NCBI GenBank assembly: GCA_951406725.2
Contig: OX597829.1
Span: forward strand, 19,158,001 to 19,222,000
Reading direction: 5' to 3'
DNA length: 64,000 nucleotides
DNA from: Octopus vulgaris
Lineage: Eukaryota
This document shows positions 51,428 through 64,000 of the stretch, one piece after another; the stretch's first letter is position 1; each line of letters starts with the position of its first letter. A program made the position numbers and the translations under genes. The notes under the pieces were generated by a model. It saw nothing but the letters and a program-made list of their open reading frames with translations. It was not told the origin of the DNA and did not search any database.

Positions 51428-52180
51428 TATTGAAAATTTATTTTGATTTGTTACAGTTCACATTTAATAGATTAACCTGTTCCATTATTACATTTCTGTA
51501 GAAGTACATTGGTTTTGTGTCAATTAATTTTGAAATTAAGGAGAATTTAGTAAGATCACTTTGTTATTATTAAACTGGACTCTGAAACCCTAAATCAGTC
51601 TGAAGTTTTTTTGGTGGAAAATTTTAATTTTGATCAATTTAAAATGGAAATTTTGTATCATATAAGCACAGGTGTGGCTGTGTGGTAAGAAGTTTGCTTC
51701 TCAACCACATGCTTCCAGGTTCATATCCACTGTGTGGCATCTTAAGCAAGTGTCATCTACTATAACCTCGGGCTGACCAAAGCCTTCTGAGTGGATTTGG
51801 TAAACAGGGAATGAAAGAAACCTGTTATATATATATGTGTGTGTGTATGTCTATGCTTGTTCCCCATTAGCAGTTGACAACCAATATTTGTTTACGTCCC
51901 TGTAGTTGGTGGTTGGGCAAAGGAGACTGATAGAAAGAATACCAGACTTAAAGAAAGAAGTATTGGGTTCAATTCTTTCGACTGGTGGCTGAAACAACCA
52001 CTTGGTTCTGGGTTTAGTCCTTCTACATACTAACTTGAGCAAGTGCTTTCAATTATTGCCCAGGGGTCAACCAATGTCTTAAGAGTGGATTTGGTAGACA
52101 GAAACTGGAAGAAGAAGCCCTTCAAAAGTGTGTGTGTGCTTGTGTATTCTTGATATTGTGTTGATAGTTGTGAATGAGTG

Positions 52181-52487
52181 GAGTCGAGGACATTTACCCT
52201 CACCCCATGGAAATAACCCCACACTTACAATTAACCCAGAGGACAACAGATGATGATTTAAAACTTCTTAATATATTAGAGAGGGGGGTAATTGTACTGG
52301 GGGGTAGTTGTCATCAGGGGGAATTGTCCTAGGTGGGGGTAATTGTCCAAGGTGGAGTAATTAACCAAGTGGGGTAATTGTCATGCGGGGTAGTTGTTGT
52401 CAGGAGGAATTGTCCCAGGTGGGGTAATTAACCAAGTGGGGTAATTGTCCTGGGGGTAGTTGTTGTCAGGGGGAATTGTCCTGATAC
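52181..52487. mobile_element. Mutator-like MITE with G-rich subterminal tandem repeats and 9-bp TSD
   Basis: gaatgagtg at 52172-80 and 52488-96; about 10 ggggtaattgtcc-like units, with complementary ggacattt/ataacccc motifs at the left end. Confidence 0.7.
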
Positions 52488-54702
52488 GAATGAGTGCCAC
52501 CATCACACAAACATGGTACCCCAAACAGAGTACCTCAGTCTTCTCTGAGAGGATGTCAGGTCAAAGGAAAATATTAGATTACTCAGAAACAGGCGAAGAC
52601 TGACTGATGACTAGAAGGACATCTAGCCATAGAAAATCTGCTATAATGAATTCCTATCTGGCCCATGCAACAGTGGAAGAGTGAATGTTAAAGTGGCAAA
52701 GATGATGATAATGACAGTTATGATTGTGGTGGTGGTGGTTATGGTGGTGGTCGTGGTGGCAGCGGAGGTGGTGGTGGCGGCGGCAGTGGTAGTGGTGGTG
52801 GTGGTTGTGGTAGTAGTGGTGATGATGAAGATGATGATGGTAGTGGTGGTGGCGTCGGTGGTGGCAGTGGTGGTGGTGGCAGTGATGATAATGGTGGTGC
52901 TGGTGCTGGTATAGGTAGTAATGATAAGGACGTGATGATAGTGGTGGTGGAGGTGGCGGAGACAGCGGTGGTGGTAACGATGATGATGATGATGATGATG
53001 ATTTCTAATGCAACCCAAACAGAGAAAGAGAAAGGTGTACCTGTTAACAAGCATCCAACAAAAACGGAATGAATTTGCCACATTGACACTGCTATATTCC
53101 AATTTGATTATTGTAATTTGCTTAATTAAAATTCTATTGAATTTCAGAAGTTTTCTAAGTATTAGACCAACTTTATTCATTTAGCACACAGATCACTCTG
53201 TCAACTGTAAAATTTATTTATTCACGTTGTTTTGAAATAACTATGCATTATCCTGTAGCTTCAAGGTTTCAGCAATGTAATTGTTTAGTTTTAGAATGAC
53301 ATTGTGGGGTAAGAGTGAGAGGCCTGATCTGGCCAGCTTGAAAATAAAACAAGTAGAATATTTAAACCAGATTTGATTAGCTTAAGTACCAAGTGTTAAA
53401 CACCCAGTCATTTAAAAAGGTTGTAGGTTAGTATAGTAACTATTGGAACAAATCATGTGTAGAATTACCAAATTGGAATTGGTAGATTGCAAGCGTTTAA
53501 TTTGAGGAGACAAGTGGCTCAGTGGTTAGGGTGTTGGATTCATGATAGTAAGATTATGATTTCGATTCCTGGATTGGGTGATGTGTTACATTCATTTCAC
53601 GTTACTCCAGTCCACTCGGCTGGTAAAAATAAATAATCCTGCAACTGACCGGTGTCCAGTAGGGGAATATATACATCAGAGAAACCAAGAAACTGACCAT
53701 ATGCTCTTTACAGAATAATGTGGACTAACCAAACATCTAATTTGGATTCTTGAAAATACAGGAACTTTAAGTATATGTTACTTTTGCAGTTGTCCTGGGT
53801 ATGACATTAAAATGCATCAGGTGGTGGAACTTTGGTTCAAGAATTCCAGGGCTTTGAGGAGAGTGGAACCACCTCTTAGCCATTATTGTTTTCAGGTCTA
53901 CTCTGCCCCAGGGTAGTAACACCTATCAGAGTCCAAGTTATGGGTTAATTAGCATGGTGGAATCACATAACTCAGTGATTAGAGTGTTGGGCTCACAATC
54001 ACGAGGTAGTGAGTTCAATTCCTAGGCTGAGCTCTGTGTTGTGTTCTTGAGCAAGACACTTTATTTGATGTTGTTCCAGTTCACTCAGCTCTATAAATGA
54101 ATTTCAACATTATTGGCACCAAACTGTATTGACCTTTGCCCTTCCCTGGATAACATCCGTGGCTTGGAGAGGGCTTCCATAAACAACCTTGCCCAGACTT
54201 GTGCCTTGGAGGGGAACTTTCTAGGTGTAATTCCATGGTCATTCGTGACTGAAGGGGGTCTTTACCTTTTACCCAGGGCAGAAATTCCAAGTACAAACCC
54301 TCATTGCTTTTTGAGTGTCTTAGGAAAGTATAAAGACCAGGGAAGTCAGCATCAACAGCAAATCAAAGAATGGAGCCCCTCAAGCAGTCTAGTCCCCATT
54401 TTGATATCTTTCTGGCAACTCCAAGGTAGGTGGAGCTCTCCATCCTCATAAGGCAATTGATCTAAGAGGAGGCCACTCCAGTGTAAAACCTACAGCTTTC
54501 TGGTCACCACAGCCATCTCATTGACCTCCAAGTCTAAAGAGTGGGATTGGGTCGTGCTGACCGATTCTCACTTTAAAACTGTTGTATGTAAGCAGGAAGA
54601 AAAGTCCTACAGCAACAAGGATCGGTTTACATTGCTGCTTGAGAGCATGCCATTTTTCATTACCATCTTCAGACATGAACCTGCCATCAGTGTGATTATA
54701 AA

Positions 54703-55096
54703 CTAGTGGTATTGCTCAGCATTGCTTGGGTTTGTTTTGACCCTTTAGAATTGGAATTTTTGAAAAGAAAAAATTTTGCAATATGTAGCTTGTTATTTTC
54801 TCTTTAAGTGAACATTTTTCTGGTTGAAATACACCGAAAAATGGCAACACAGCAGTCAAAAAATCATAAAAAATAAGGATTTTCATAGAAAAAAAGCACC
54901 TTTTTGATGTAAATAATTTTTGGTCTTAACATGGTCCGATTTGAATTTTTTCTTTTACGGAATGAAGAGCAAGCCTTCTTCTATCATACTCTCAATTTTG
55001 GTCAATTTGTGCCGCAGGGTCTCGGAGGAGATAGTGTTAGTTGAAGGCTACCAAACCTGCCACACACAGACAACTTCAGCTTTATATATATATAGA
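54703..55096 (-). mobile_element. Non-autonomous Helitron-type element
   Basis: A|CTAG with hairpin ctcagcattgcttggg at the left end; tatatagA|T at the right end (5' TC on minus). Confidence 0.72.
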
Positions 55097-55449
55097 TTAT
55101 TATCTGTAACCCAGTTGCAGAAAGCTGCAAATTTTTGGGGAGATTACAGTTGAGTAGACCACAACCATCTTAGCTCACTGAGCCACTGTGAGCAAATCCC
55201 CAAGTCTAAAGAGTGGAATTGGTCTGCATGTACTGATTCTCTAAAACTACAAAGTGCAAGCAGGAAGAAGTATCATTGAAAAGCTGCTTTTCTAATGTGA
55301 CAACAGAATTGTCTTAATAATTATTGGAACTCTGCTCTACATTAAATATGACTTTCGTATAGAGTAACAAAAAAATTCTTGCTCTTTCTTACCAACATAA
55401 TAATATCCAAAGAACTTTACACACGCACACATACACAACCACATGCATA

Positions 55450-55586
55450 CACTAGCATAGCTAGTGGATGGTAGGGGTGACACTTTTAAAGGGGTGGACT
55501 TTTAGGTCTGTTGCAGGCAATGTGCTTTTTTTGTGGGATCCAGGGGTAGCACACACCGGGTGAAACACACTCTAGCTACGCTAGTA
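55450..55586. mobile_element. hAT-type MITE
   Basis: TIRs actagcatagctag / ctagctacgctagt; 8-bp TSD catgcata at 55442-49 and 55587-94. Confidence 0.7.
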
Positions 55587-56448
55587 CATGCATACATGCA
55601 CAGAAACATGCACACACACATACATACATATCCATACATACATGTACACACACATGCATACATATACATACATACATGTACACAAATGTTAGTCTCTTTA
55701 GTAATTCCACGTGCCGCTTAGGAAAGGCATGAAAGCCACATATACCATACATTTCTCCTTAAACCTAAAGTCTCTCTGAAAAAACCTGAATAAACATTTG
55801 TCCCTCTCTGTAAGTATGAATATTTATTTATCTCAGTCAGAATATGTCAACCATTCACACACATCTGTGTGCACGTGTATACGTCTATACGCGTTTAGGG
55901 GCCGAGAGATAGAAAGAAAAAGTGAGAGAGAGAAACGAGAGAGAGAAAACAAGGAGAGAGAAACGAGAAAGAGAAAACAAGGAGAGAGAGGGAGAAACGC
56001 ACGCGGGAGAGAGAAACAAGAGAGAGAGTAAAACACAAATGCTAGAGAGAAAGAGAGTGAAGTGCACGTGAAAAAGAGAGCGAGTGAGAGAGAGAAACGC
56101 GCACGTGCGAAAGAGAGAGACTGCGTGTATGTGTTCCTATTTCTACATTAATGCACAGGAGTGTGTATGAGAGGAAGGGAGAGAGAGAGAGAGAGAGAAG
56201 AGGGGGACAAAGAGACAGAAGGTGTTGGTGTGCATGTATCTCATACTGTGTAAGTGGGAGGGAGAGAGAGAGAGACAAAGACTGCTTATGAATGTAAAGA
56301 GAGAAAGGGTGAGCGTGGGAGGATAGGGAGAACGTGTGTGTGGACGCGTATGCGTGTGCGAATATGTGTGCGTGTGTGTGTATATATCAATGTACATGTG
56401 TGACAGACACAGAAACAGTGTCTTTGTATGTATGTGTATGAGTTATAG

Positions 56449-56510
<62 letters not shown>

Positions 56511-56751
56511 GCGTGTGTGTGTTTCTGTGTGATACAGACAGTGTCTGTTTAAGTGTGTATGAGGAAGACAAGAGGAGAGGGAAGAGGAGGAGAAGGGAAG
56601 AGAAAGAGAAGTGTATGTGTGTATGTGTATCATTGTATATGTGTGAGAGACGCGGAAACAGTTTATGCCCATGCATGCACATGAAAGGGAGAGAGAGTGT
56701 GTGTATTACTATGTATACGTGAGAAACAGAAACACTAAGTATGTGTGCATT

Positions 56752-56782
<31 letters not shown>

Positions 56783-56799
56783 CAGATACAAATCAAAAG

Positions 56800-57010
56800 A
56801 GAGAGGGAGAGAGATAGAAAGAAGTGAGAAGAGAGAGACAGAGAAAAGTGAGAAGAGAGAGATAGAGAGAAGTAAGAAGAGAGAGACAGAGAGAAGTGAG
56901 AAGAGAGAGATAGAGAGAAGTAAGAAGAGAGAGACAGAGAGAAGTGAGAAGAGAGAGATAGAGAGAAGTAAGAAGAGAGAGACAGAGAGAAGTGAGAAGA
57001 GAGAGACAGA
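56800..57010. repeat. 24-bp purine-rich minisatellite
   Basis: About 8 units of gagagaga(c/t)agagagaagt(g/a)agaa. Confidence 0.85.
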
Positions 57011-59187
57011 AAGAGGGAGAGAAAAGAGAGAGGGGAGAGATGAAGCGAGAGAGGGGAAAGAAAGAGAGAGAGGGGAAGGAAGAGAGAGACAGAGAGAGGA
57101 AAATAGGGGAGAGAGGAAGCGAGAGAGGGGAGAGAAAGAGAGAGGGGAAAGGAAGAGAGACAAAAAGAGGAAGAGAGAGAAGAAATAGGAAGAAAGAGAG
57201 GAGAGAGAAAGAGTAATCAACATTTATTTTTTGACTTTTACTCATGCACAGCGCCAAAGTCTTTTCAGTTACAAATTATTCTGGTCATTGACTCATTTTT
57301 AGCGATCTTACTAGCTTAATGTGATAAGATTGTTTGTACACTTAACCTCTAATATTCAGAACCATATGTTAAAGGCATACATTTAAACTAAAATTTTAAA
57401 AAACTGCGTGCTAAATATGTAACGGCCATCTGTCAACGACCGCATCATGTCCACACAAACACTTACACACGCATATACACATACGTACATGCACATACAG
57501 TGTATATTACTATGTATAAAAAGGCAAACATGACCAGGGAGATAAAGCACGTGAGTATGTTTGGCCGAGAGTTTATTTGCAAATGCGTAAGAAGCAGGTA
57601 GGCAGATAAGATAATTGGATAGGATGTGAGTTCGTTCCTTTGGCTAATTTAAGGTTTTACGAATCTTTTCTGTTGCTGTAACAGTTTTCGAAATTTTAAA
57701 ATGAAGTGTAAGTTTTCACATCTTTAATGTAATTTTTCCACAATGATGCTGGTGTCGTTATTCATTTGTTCCAGAAAAATTTTGGTAAAATGTTACAGAG
57801 GTTTAAAGTTTGGTTGTTTTTACCCAATCGCAAAACAGAATTTGGAAGCTGTCTAGTAAACATTGCGACAAACTTTCAACAAAAGGAATGCTTTATATTA
57901 TTACGAAGACGGAAGTTAGAAGAAGTTTTGAAGTCTTAAATAAGTTTAAATGAATAAAGTCATATGGAACGTTGGAAAAGGCAATAGAAAAGGGGAAAAG
58001 TTCTTCAATGAAAATTTTGGGTGGGGGTGGGGCAAAAAATTACAAAAACAAACTACTTTAAACTACGAAAAACTACAAACTGTACACTAAAAGAAATGGC
58101 TGTGTCATAAGAAGCTTGTTTTCAAACTACATGGTTCCAGGTTAGGTCCCACTGCATAGCACCTTGAGCAAATGCCCTCTGAGTGGACTTGATAGAAGGA
58201 AACTGAAAGAAGCACATTGTACACACACATACACACATGCGCGCGCGCGTGTGTGTGTGTATATATATATATTTTTGTGTTTGTGTACCACTTGCATGCA
58301 GGACTCCAGTGCATTCGACTGACCCTTTCCCTTAAAATTGCTGACCTTATGTCAGAATTGAAACCTTACTGCCATGATAACCACATCTACCACAGCTGTT
58401 TGCTTACTGCTTACCCACTCACAAAAATAGCTGTCTACGTCACAGTAACACTATGCAGCTAATAATTTCAAATGAAAACAGACAATACGATTGGTTAAAA
58501 TTCGCAGATTTAAACTACGTTTAAACTTATAAAATACGTTTTTGTCAAAAAAACTAGTTGAAATTATTGTTTTCTTTTGACACATTCTACCAGTATACGA
58601 AGTTTCAAATTATTTAGTTAACTAGAAAAATCTGAAAAATCTGGCTTTCAAAAAGAAAAGATCCTTTTATTCTTATATTTGTGTCTATGTTTGTGCCCCA
58701 GCCATTGCTTGTTAAACGACGTTGGTGTGTTTACGTTCCCATAACTTAGCAGCTCGGCAAAAGAGACCAGCAGAATAAGTACTAGACTTACAAAGAATAA
58801 GTCCTGAGGTCGATTTCTTCGACTAAAGGCAGTGCTCCAGCATGGCTGCAGTCAAATGACTGAAACAAATAAATAGAATAAAAGAAATATAGTTTAGTAC
58901 AGTGGTTTCCAAACTTTCTGGACTGCCACCCCCTTGACACCCAAGCCACATTCCCAGCACCCCTACCCCCAACTAACTATCAAAGAAAATTACATCCCAC
59001 AACCAAAAGACAAAATGAAAATCATCATTATCCCCTAGCAAAATCAAAATCATCACTGTCCCCATTGTGACTACACAGCAAAATCCATACCTGAACTCAA
59101 ATTACATTCACATATCTGTTACAAATAGATGCAACTTGCTTTTATTTTAAATTCTTTTTGTTTTAAAATCCTCTCCTTCAAACACAC

Positions 59188-59414
59188 ATATGTCAAAATC
59201 GACGTGAGTGACTAGCATGTCTCATATGTCAAAAATGACGTGAGTGGCTATGATTAACTCGTATGTCAAAATTGACATGAGCGGCTATCATTGCCTTTTA
59301 CGTCATGTCAAAATCGATGTGAGTGACTAGCATTGTCTCATATGTCAAAAGTGACAGGAGTGGCTATCATTATCTCATATGAGAAAATTGACATGAGTGG
59401 CTATCATTGGTTAA
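59188..59414. repeat. ~37-bp minisatellite, 6 units
   Basis: atatgtcaaaa(t)tgac(a/g)tgagtg(g/a)cta..; ends at ggTTAA. Confidence 0.85.
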
Positions 59415-59471
59415 CAGTAACTTTGACAGAGTCATTGATTATAAATTTCAGATACAAAGACACACATGCAT

Positions 59472-59506
<35 letters not shown>

Positions 59507-60911
59507 TGTATGTATGTGTGTGCATGTATATATATATATATATACACACACACACATATATATGAAAAGCTTCTTTCAGTTTCCATCTACCAAGTTCTCT
59601 CACAAGGGTTTGGTCAGCACAAAACTGTAGTAGAAGACACTTTTCCAATGTGTCACAAAGTGGGACTGAACCTGGAACCAAGTTGTTGGAAAGCAAACTT
59701 CTTACCATACAGAAACACCTGCACCTATAGTTTTTTTTTGTGTGTGTGTGTGTGTTTGTTTGTTTTTTTCTTTGTCTAGTCAATAATATTTGATCTGAGA
59801 TTTTATGTTGGAGCTGAATTAACTCCACATCATGGAAAAGCAATTTTTACAAAATGGAAAACTATTCCCCCTCCCCCGAATTTGCTGGCCTTGTGCCAGA
59901 ATTTGAAATCAATATTTAATGAATTTAAATTTAAAACTTAAAGTGAATCTAACATCCTTGCGTTTTATCAAATGGTTCATCTACAATGTAGTTGCTACAC
60001 ACATGTAGAAACCATGCCTAAGCAGACGGTCGAGGTTGGCACAGTTCTCTGGTTTGTTGGCTCCTGTTGAACTGTCCAACCTACACCAGCATAGGAAACA
60101 GATGTTAAGTAGTGGTGGTGGTGATGAAGATGGTGATGATGATTACTATTTTAATGGGAATTCATATACCACCATGGGAGACTCTTATCCATTCAGTTCT
60201 TTTGACCTACGAGAATTAACAATAGAATCCCTTTCAAATCACATAGTCTTGTAAAATGATGAAGACAGACATGTCCTCCCCTTCTAAAACAATAGAGTTC
60301 TAGACATTCCATTTAGGCACAGGAGTGGCTTTATAGGTGCAGAAGTGCCAAAAGACACAGGTGTGACCACATGGTGCCAGGCTCAGTCCCACTACATGGC
60401 ACCTTGGACAAGTGTCTTCTACTATAGCCTTGAGCCAACCAAAGCCTTATGAGTGAATTTGTTAGACGGAAACTGAAAAAAGCCTGTCATATATATGTGT
60501 GAGTGTGTGTATAATTTCAACATGAAGCAAATAATTCATGAGAAAATATTTGCAAAGATATTATTGACTCTTTTATTATCTAATGTAACAATTAAAAATG
60601 ATAATAAGAGAATCAATAATATAGGTGATTGCAGGCCCAAAATACACATTAAATAGCTTCATCATCATCATCTCATCAAAGGAGATACGAAGTATGTCTA
60701 CCTGCTGGAAATAACAGTCAACACCCTTATTTAAATCGCTGGAAAAAACTGATGGTGACTATAGAAATCAACCGTCTGCAGGCAAACTGGCTAGGACCAT
60801 GTGTCAACATACATTGAAGTATTTAGACTCATATGGACTGGTTTCTGGACTGGCATTATTGCCTCACCTTCCTCAGCAAGCGTTACCATGATAGAAAGCC
60901 TGCAGGCATAA

Positions 60912-61320
60912 AGGCGCATGTGTGACTGTGTGGTAAGAAGATTGCTTCTCACCCACATGGTTCCAGGTTCAGTCCCATTCTATGACACCTAGGACAAGTG
61001 TCTTCTGCTATAGCCTTGGGCTGAACAAGGCCTTGTGAATGGATTTAGTAGACGGAAATTGGAAGAATATATGTATCTATGTGTGTGTCTTTGTGTCTGT
61101 GTTTGTCCACCATCACCACTTGACAACCTGTATTGATTTGGTTATGTCCCTGTAACTTAGCAATTCAGCAAAAGAGACTAATAGAATGAGTAACTGGTTC
61201 TAAAAAATTTTTTTAAAAAACATACTGGTTTCGATTCGTTTGACTTAAAAACTCTTCAAGGCAGTGCCCCAGCATGGCCACATCTAATGACTGAAACAAA
61301 TAAAAGGTAAACGAGAAAAG
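60912..61320 (+). mobile_element. SINE family A, diverged full-length copy
   Basis: Head, body and tail motifs. Confidence 0.82.
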
Positions 61321-62988
61321 AATTTAAAGAATGTAGTTGTAGATATTCTGTATTAAACTAGATGATCATTGTTGGAATGTCTTTCAATAATCGTTGGCCT
61401 GCTTAGTGAAAGCTGACAGGAGCAAAACAAGAGCTATGCAAATCAATTGTTTTCTTCATTTTTATCTAATGTTTAACTTGTTTTTAGTATATGAATCTAC
61501 TTGTTTTGTTTATGCGATCAAGATATTGCCTCCAGTCAACGTGTCACTTTGTAGGACATACGAGGCTTATAAACATCAGAATACAAAGACCAGTAGAAGA
61601 CAGGATGTTACAAGTTTTCTTGCTCTGATACTCTTAGCTATTTTGCTCATTAATCATAAACATCCTTGACTAGTTAATTATTAATCTGTCTATAAAAGAA
61701 TGAAATAAACAAAGTTGTTTTCAAATAGGATTTGAACTCAGAGCTCAGAGAACCAGAACAAATACTGAAAAGGCATTCTATCTTGTGTTGTCTTATGATT
61801 TGCTAATTCACCAGTTCTTAACTTCTATATATCAACCCTTTGTTTTTGAATTTAATCTGCTTGGACCAGGAAATTCCAAACCAGATGGTGGTGCATTATG
61901 GAAATTCCTGATCATCTTTGTTTCAATTTCACCTGCAACAGTAATGTCCCCTCTCTGCCCCACACACATTCCCCCTCCCTACTCTCATGGAAAACCACCA
62001 CCTACAGCACACCCTCCACACCAGTGCGCCCCTCCTCCCTCCTCTGACACCACCTCACCTGTAGTTTCCTTCAAACCTGTGACACCTACCTCACCTGTGG
62101 CATCCACCCTCACCTGGCCTGTGGCTCCTCCCTCACCTGTGGCAACCTCTCACCGATGGCAACCCTCCCATTTTATTGATGAACAGCACAACACGAAGAT
62201 GGTTGCATTTGTATGAAACATCCTTAGTTACCTGCTTCTGGCAGAGTTCATCACTTGGGAACTGGCTAATTAACTCTTTAGCATTTAAACTGGCCATATC
62301 CAGCTCAAATATTCTACCTGTTTCATGTTCAAACCAACCAGATCTGGCCTCTCACACTTACCCTGCAATGTTATTCTAATGATAAGCAATCATATCATTT
62401 AAATCTCAAAGCTATGTGATAGAACATGATTAATTCAAAACAATGTAAATAAATACTCTGAATGTTAAAGGGTTAAGAAGGAACTGTGTGTAAGTCCAAT
62501 GCAATGGTCAAGGTTATAAATGCAGGAGAGTAGTACCACAGTTATCAATGGACTTAGATTGATAGACATGAGTCAGAATAAGAACAGCAATAAATGAGTG
62601 AAGAGCAAATATATATAGTGTATGTGTGTGTGTTTTGTAAAAGGAAAAATAAAAAAAGTAGCATCCTGAAATACAACGATATTATTATTATTAATTATCT
62701 ATGGGTTTTTCTTCTTTCAAATTTGCTTCCATTTCTTGCCGAGTGTCTTCCCGACTCCTAGGGCAAAGAAACTCATAGTATACATTGGTAGGCCATTAAA
62801 CTAAACTCACTAGTTCATTCGTTTTTTTTTTTTTTGATAAAAATAAAGTTAAATTAAAATACATGGGTAGTAATAGTTCTCACATCGACAATGCTCTTCT
62901 CAATACGTGTGATGTACCGGTTAAGACAATCTTTTGCACTTCTTGCAGGGATGGTAAGCCAGGGATCATTCTCATATAATTTTTATTA

Positions 62989-62989
<1 letters not shown>

Positions 62990-63027
<38 letters not shown>

Positions 63028-63258
63028 TAGTTTTATTTTTATAGCGTGCTTTCATTCACTACCGAGCGCAGCTCTGTGTGCCTTGGGTATGTGCTGTGAT
63101 TTGTTGTGATGCTCTGATGGTTATTGTATGGAAAGTGTTCTGCGTAGGATGTGTGCAGTGCCTAGTAGTGCAATTTTCTGTATGTTATATGTGTTTGTAA
63201 GTCCTGGTGTTTTTGTTATGTATTTGTCTGAATATTTTTTTATCATGCCTAATGCACC
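62990..63258 (-). mobile_element. R4/Dong-like 3' end flanked by (TAA)n on both sides
   Basis: Reverse complement of 20627-20870 (GALGMIKKYSDKYITKTPGL..RRTLSIQ*). Confidence 0.9.
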
Positions 63259-63303
<45 letters not shown>

Positions 63304-63304
<1 letters not shown>

Positions 63305-63677
63305 TCACTGGGAAAGGAAGTTGAGGTTGGAGAGAGAAGTGTTACCTTGTAGCAAGTTTGTTGAAATGTGGGTGAATGTTAGAAGGATGGCCAGTGTGAA
63401 AGTACCAATTCCGTGTGTACACCTGTGAAGAAATAAAAGAGGTGCTCTTCTTGCCCTGTTGATCAGGCACCTGTGGCTTTTGAGGGTTTTCCTGCAGGGA
63501 CCTTTAAAGCACTTCCCTTTTTGTGAGTTTTAATTTTTTATTGTTATATATGATGTTTACATGCTGAAAACCTTTTCTCTTGTCTTGTGTGGTCTTTTAT
63601 GTTGCGTCATGTCATTTCATGTTATTTTATGTAAGCCCTTGTGGCTAATAAAAGAATTATTATTATTATTATTATTA
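63304..63677 (+). mobile_element. L1/Tx1-like LINE 3' end with (TTA)n tail
   Basis: HWERKLRLEREVLPCSKFVEMWVNV..*, T-rich UTR, aataaaagaa then (tta)n. Confidence 0.55.
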
Positions 63678-63685
63678 CTATCGTT

Positions 63686-63980
63686 AAGGCAGTGAGATGG
63701 TAGAACCATTAGCATGCTTGACGAAATGCTTAGCAGTATTTCGCCTAGGCGGTGAGCTGACAGAAACATTAGCACGCCGGGTGAAATGCTTTGCGTTATT
63801 TCGTCTGCTGTTACGTTCTGAGTTCAAATTCCGCCGAGGTCGACTTTGCCTTTCATCCTTTAGGGGTCGATTAAATAAGTACCAGTTACGCACTGGGGTC
63901 GATATAATCGACTTAATCCGTTTGTCTGTCCTTGTTTGTCCACTTTGCGTTTAGCCCCTTGTGGGTAGTAAAGAAATAAG
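63686..63980 (+). mobile_element. SINE family D with duplicated head
   Basis: aggc(a/g)gtgag..gaaatgctt..tatttcg occurs twice, then ctgagttcaaattccgccgaggtcgactttgcc. Confidence 0.82.
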
Positions 63981-64000
63981 CATTTCGCCCATTTCTACAT

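Noticed and set aside
59188-59414. CRISPR-like palindromic ~37-bp repeats
   Set aside because: No unique spacers, no cas genes, eukaryotic context.
61785-62216. 143-aa Pro-rich ORF
   Set aside because: GTG start, degenerate C-rich tandem repeat origin and no domain; treated as non-coding.

Overview
This is repeat-saturated eukaryotic (animal) genomic DNA, intronic or intergenic in character. The tRNA-derived SINE families, RTE/CR1/R4 LINEs and extreme (TA)n/(CA)n/(GAT)n microsatellite load suggest a coleoid cephalopod such as Octopus; that is inference from recalled repeat families and was not verified. Nearly all ORF-track entries are microsatellite artefacts. The only long real ORFs belong to one nearly intact ~4.4 kb CR1-group LINE (27.08-31.45 kb, minus strand). 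Its ORF1 combines a Myb/trihelix-like N-terminus with a CCCH zinc finger. It overlaps ORF2 (APE+RT) at a correctly framed U-UUU-UUA -1 slippery site, and the element's 3' stem-loop tail is shared with the dominant SINE. The most unexpected signal is at least 9 type-I hammerhead ribozyme motifs from several families. One sits in a 350-bp tandem, highly structured monomer that looks like a non-LTR retrozyme (circRNA-forming), and several lie in Penelope-like inverted-repeat fragments. Also present are Helitron-type, Tc1/maT, Tigger-, hAT- and Mutator-type non-autonomous elements, and one candidate host terminal exon overlapping a consensus CTCF site. Coordinates of degraded repeats are approximate.
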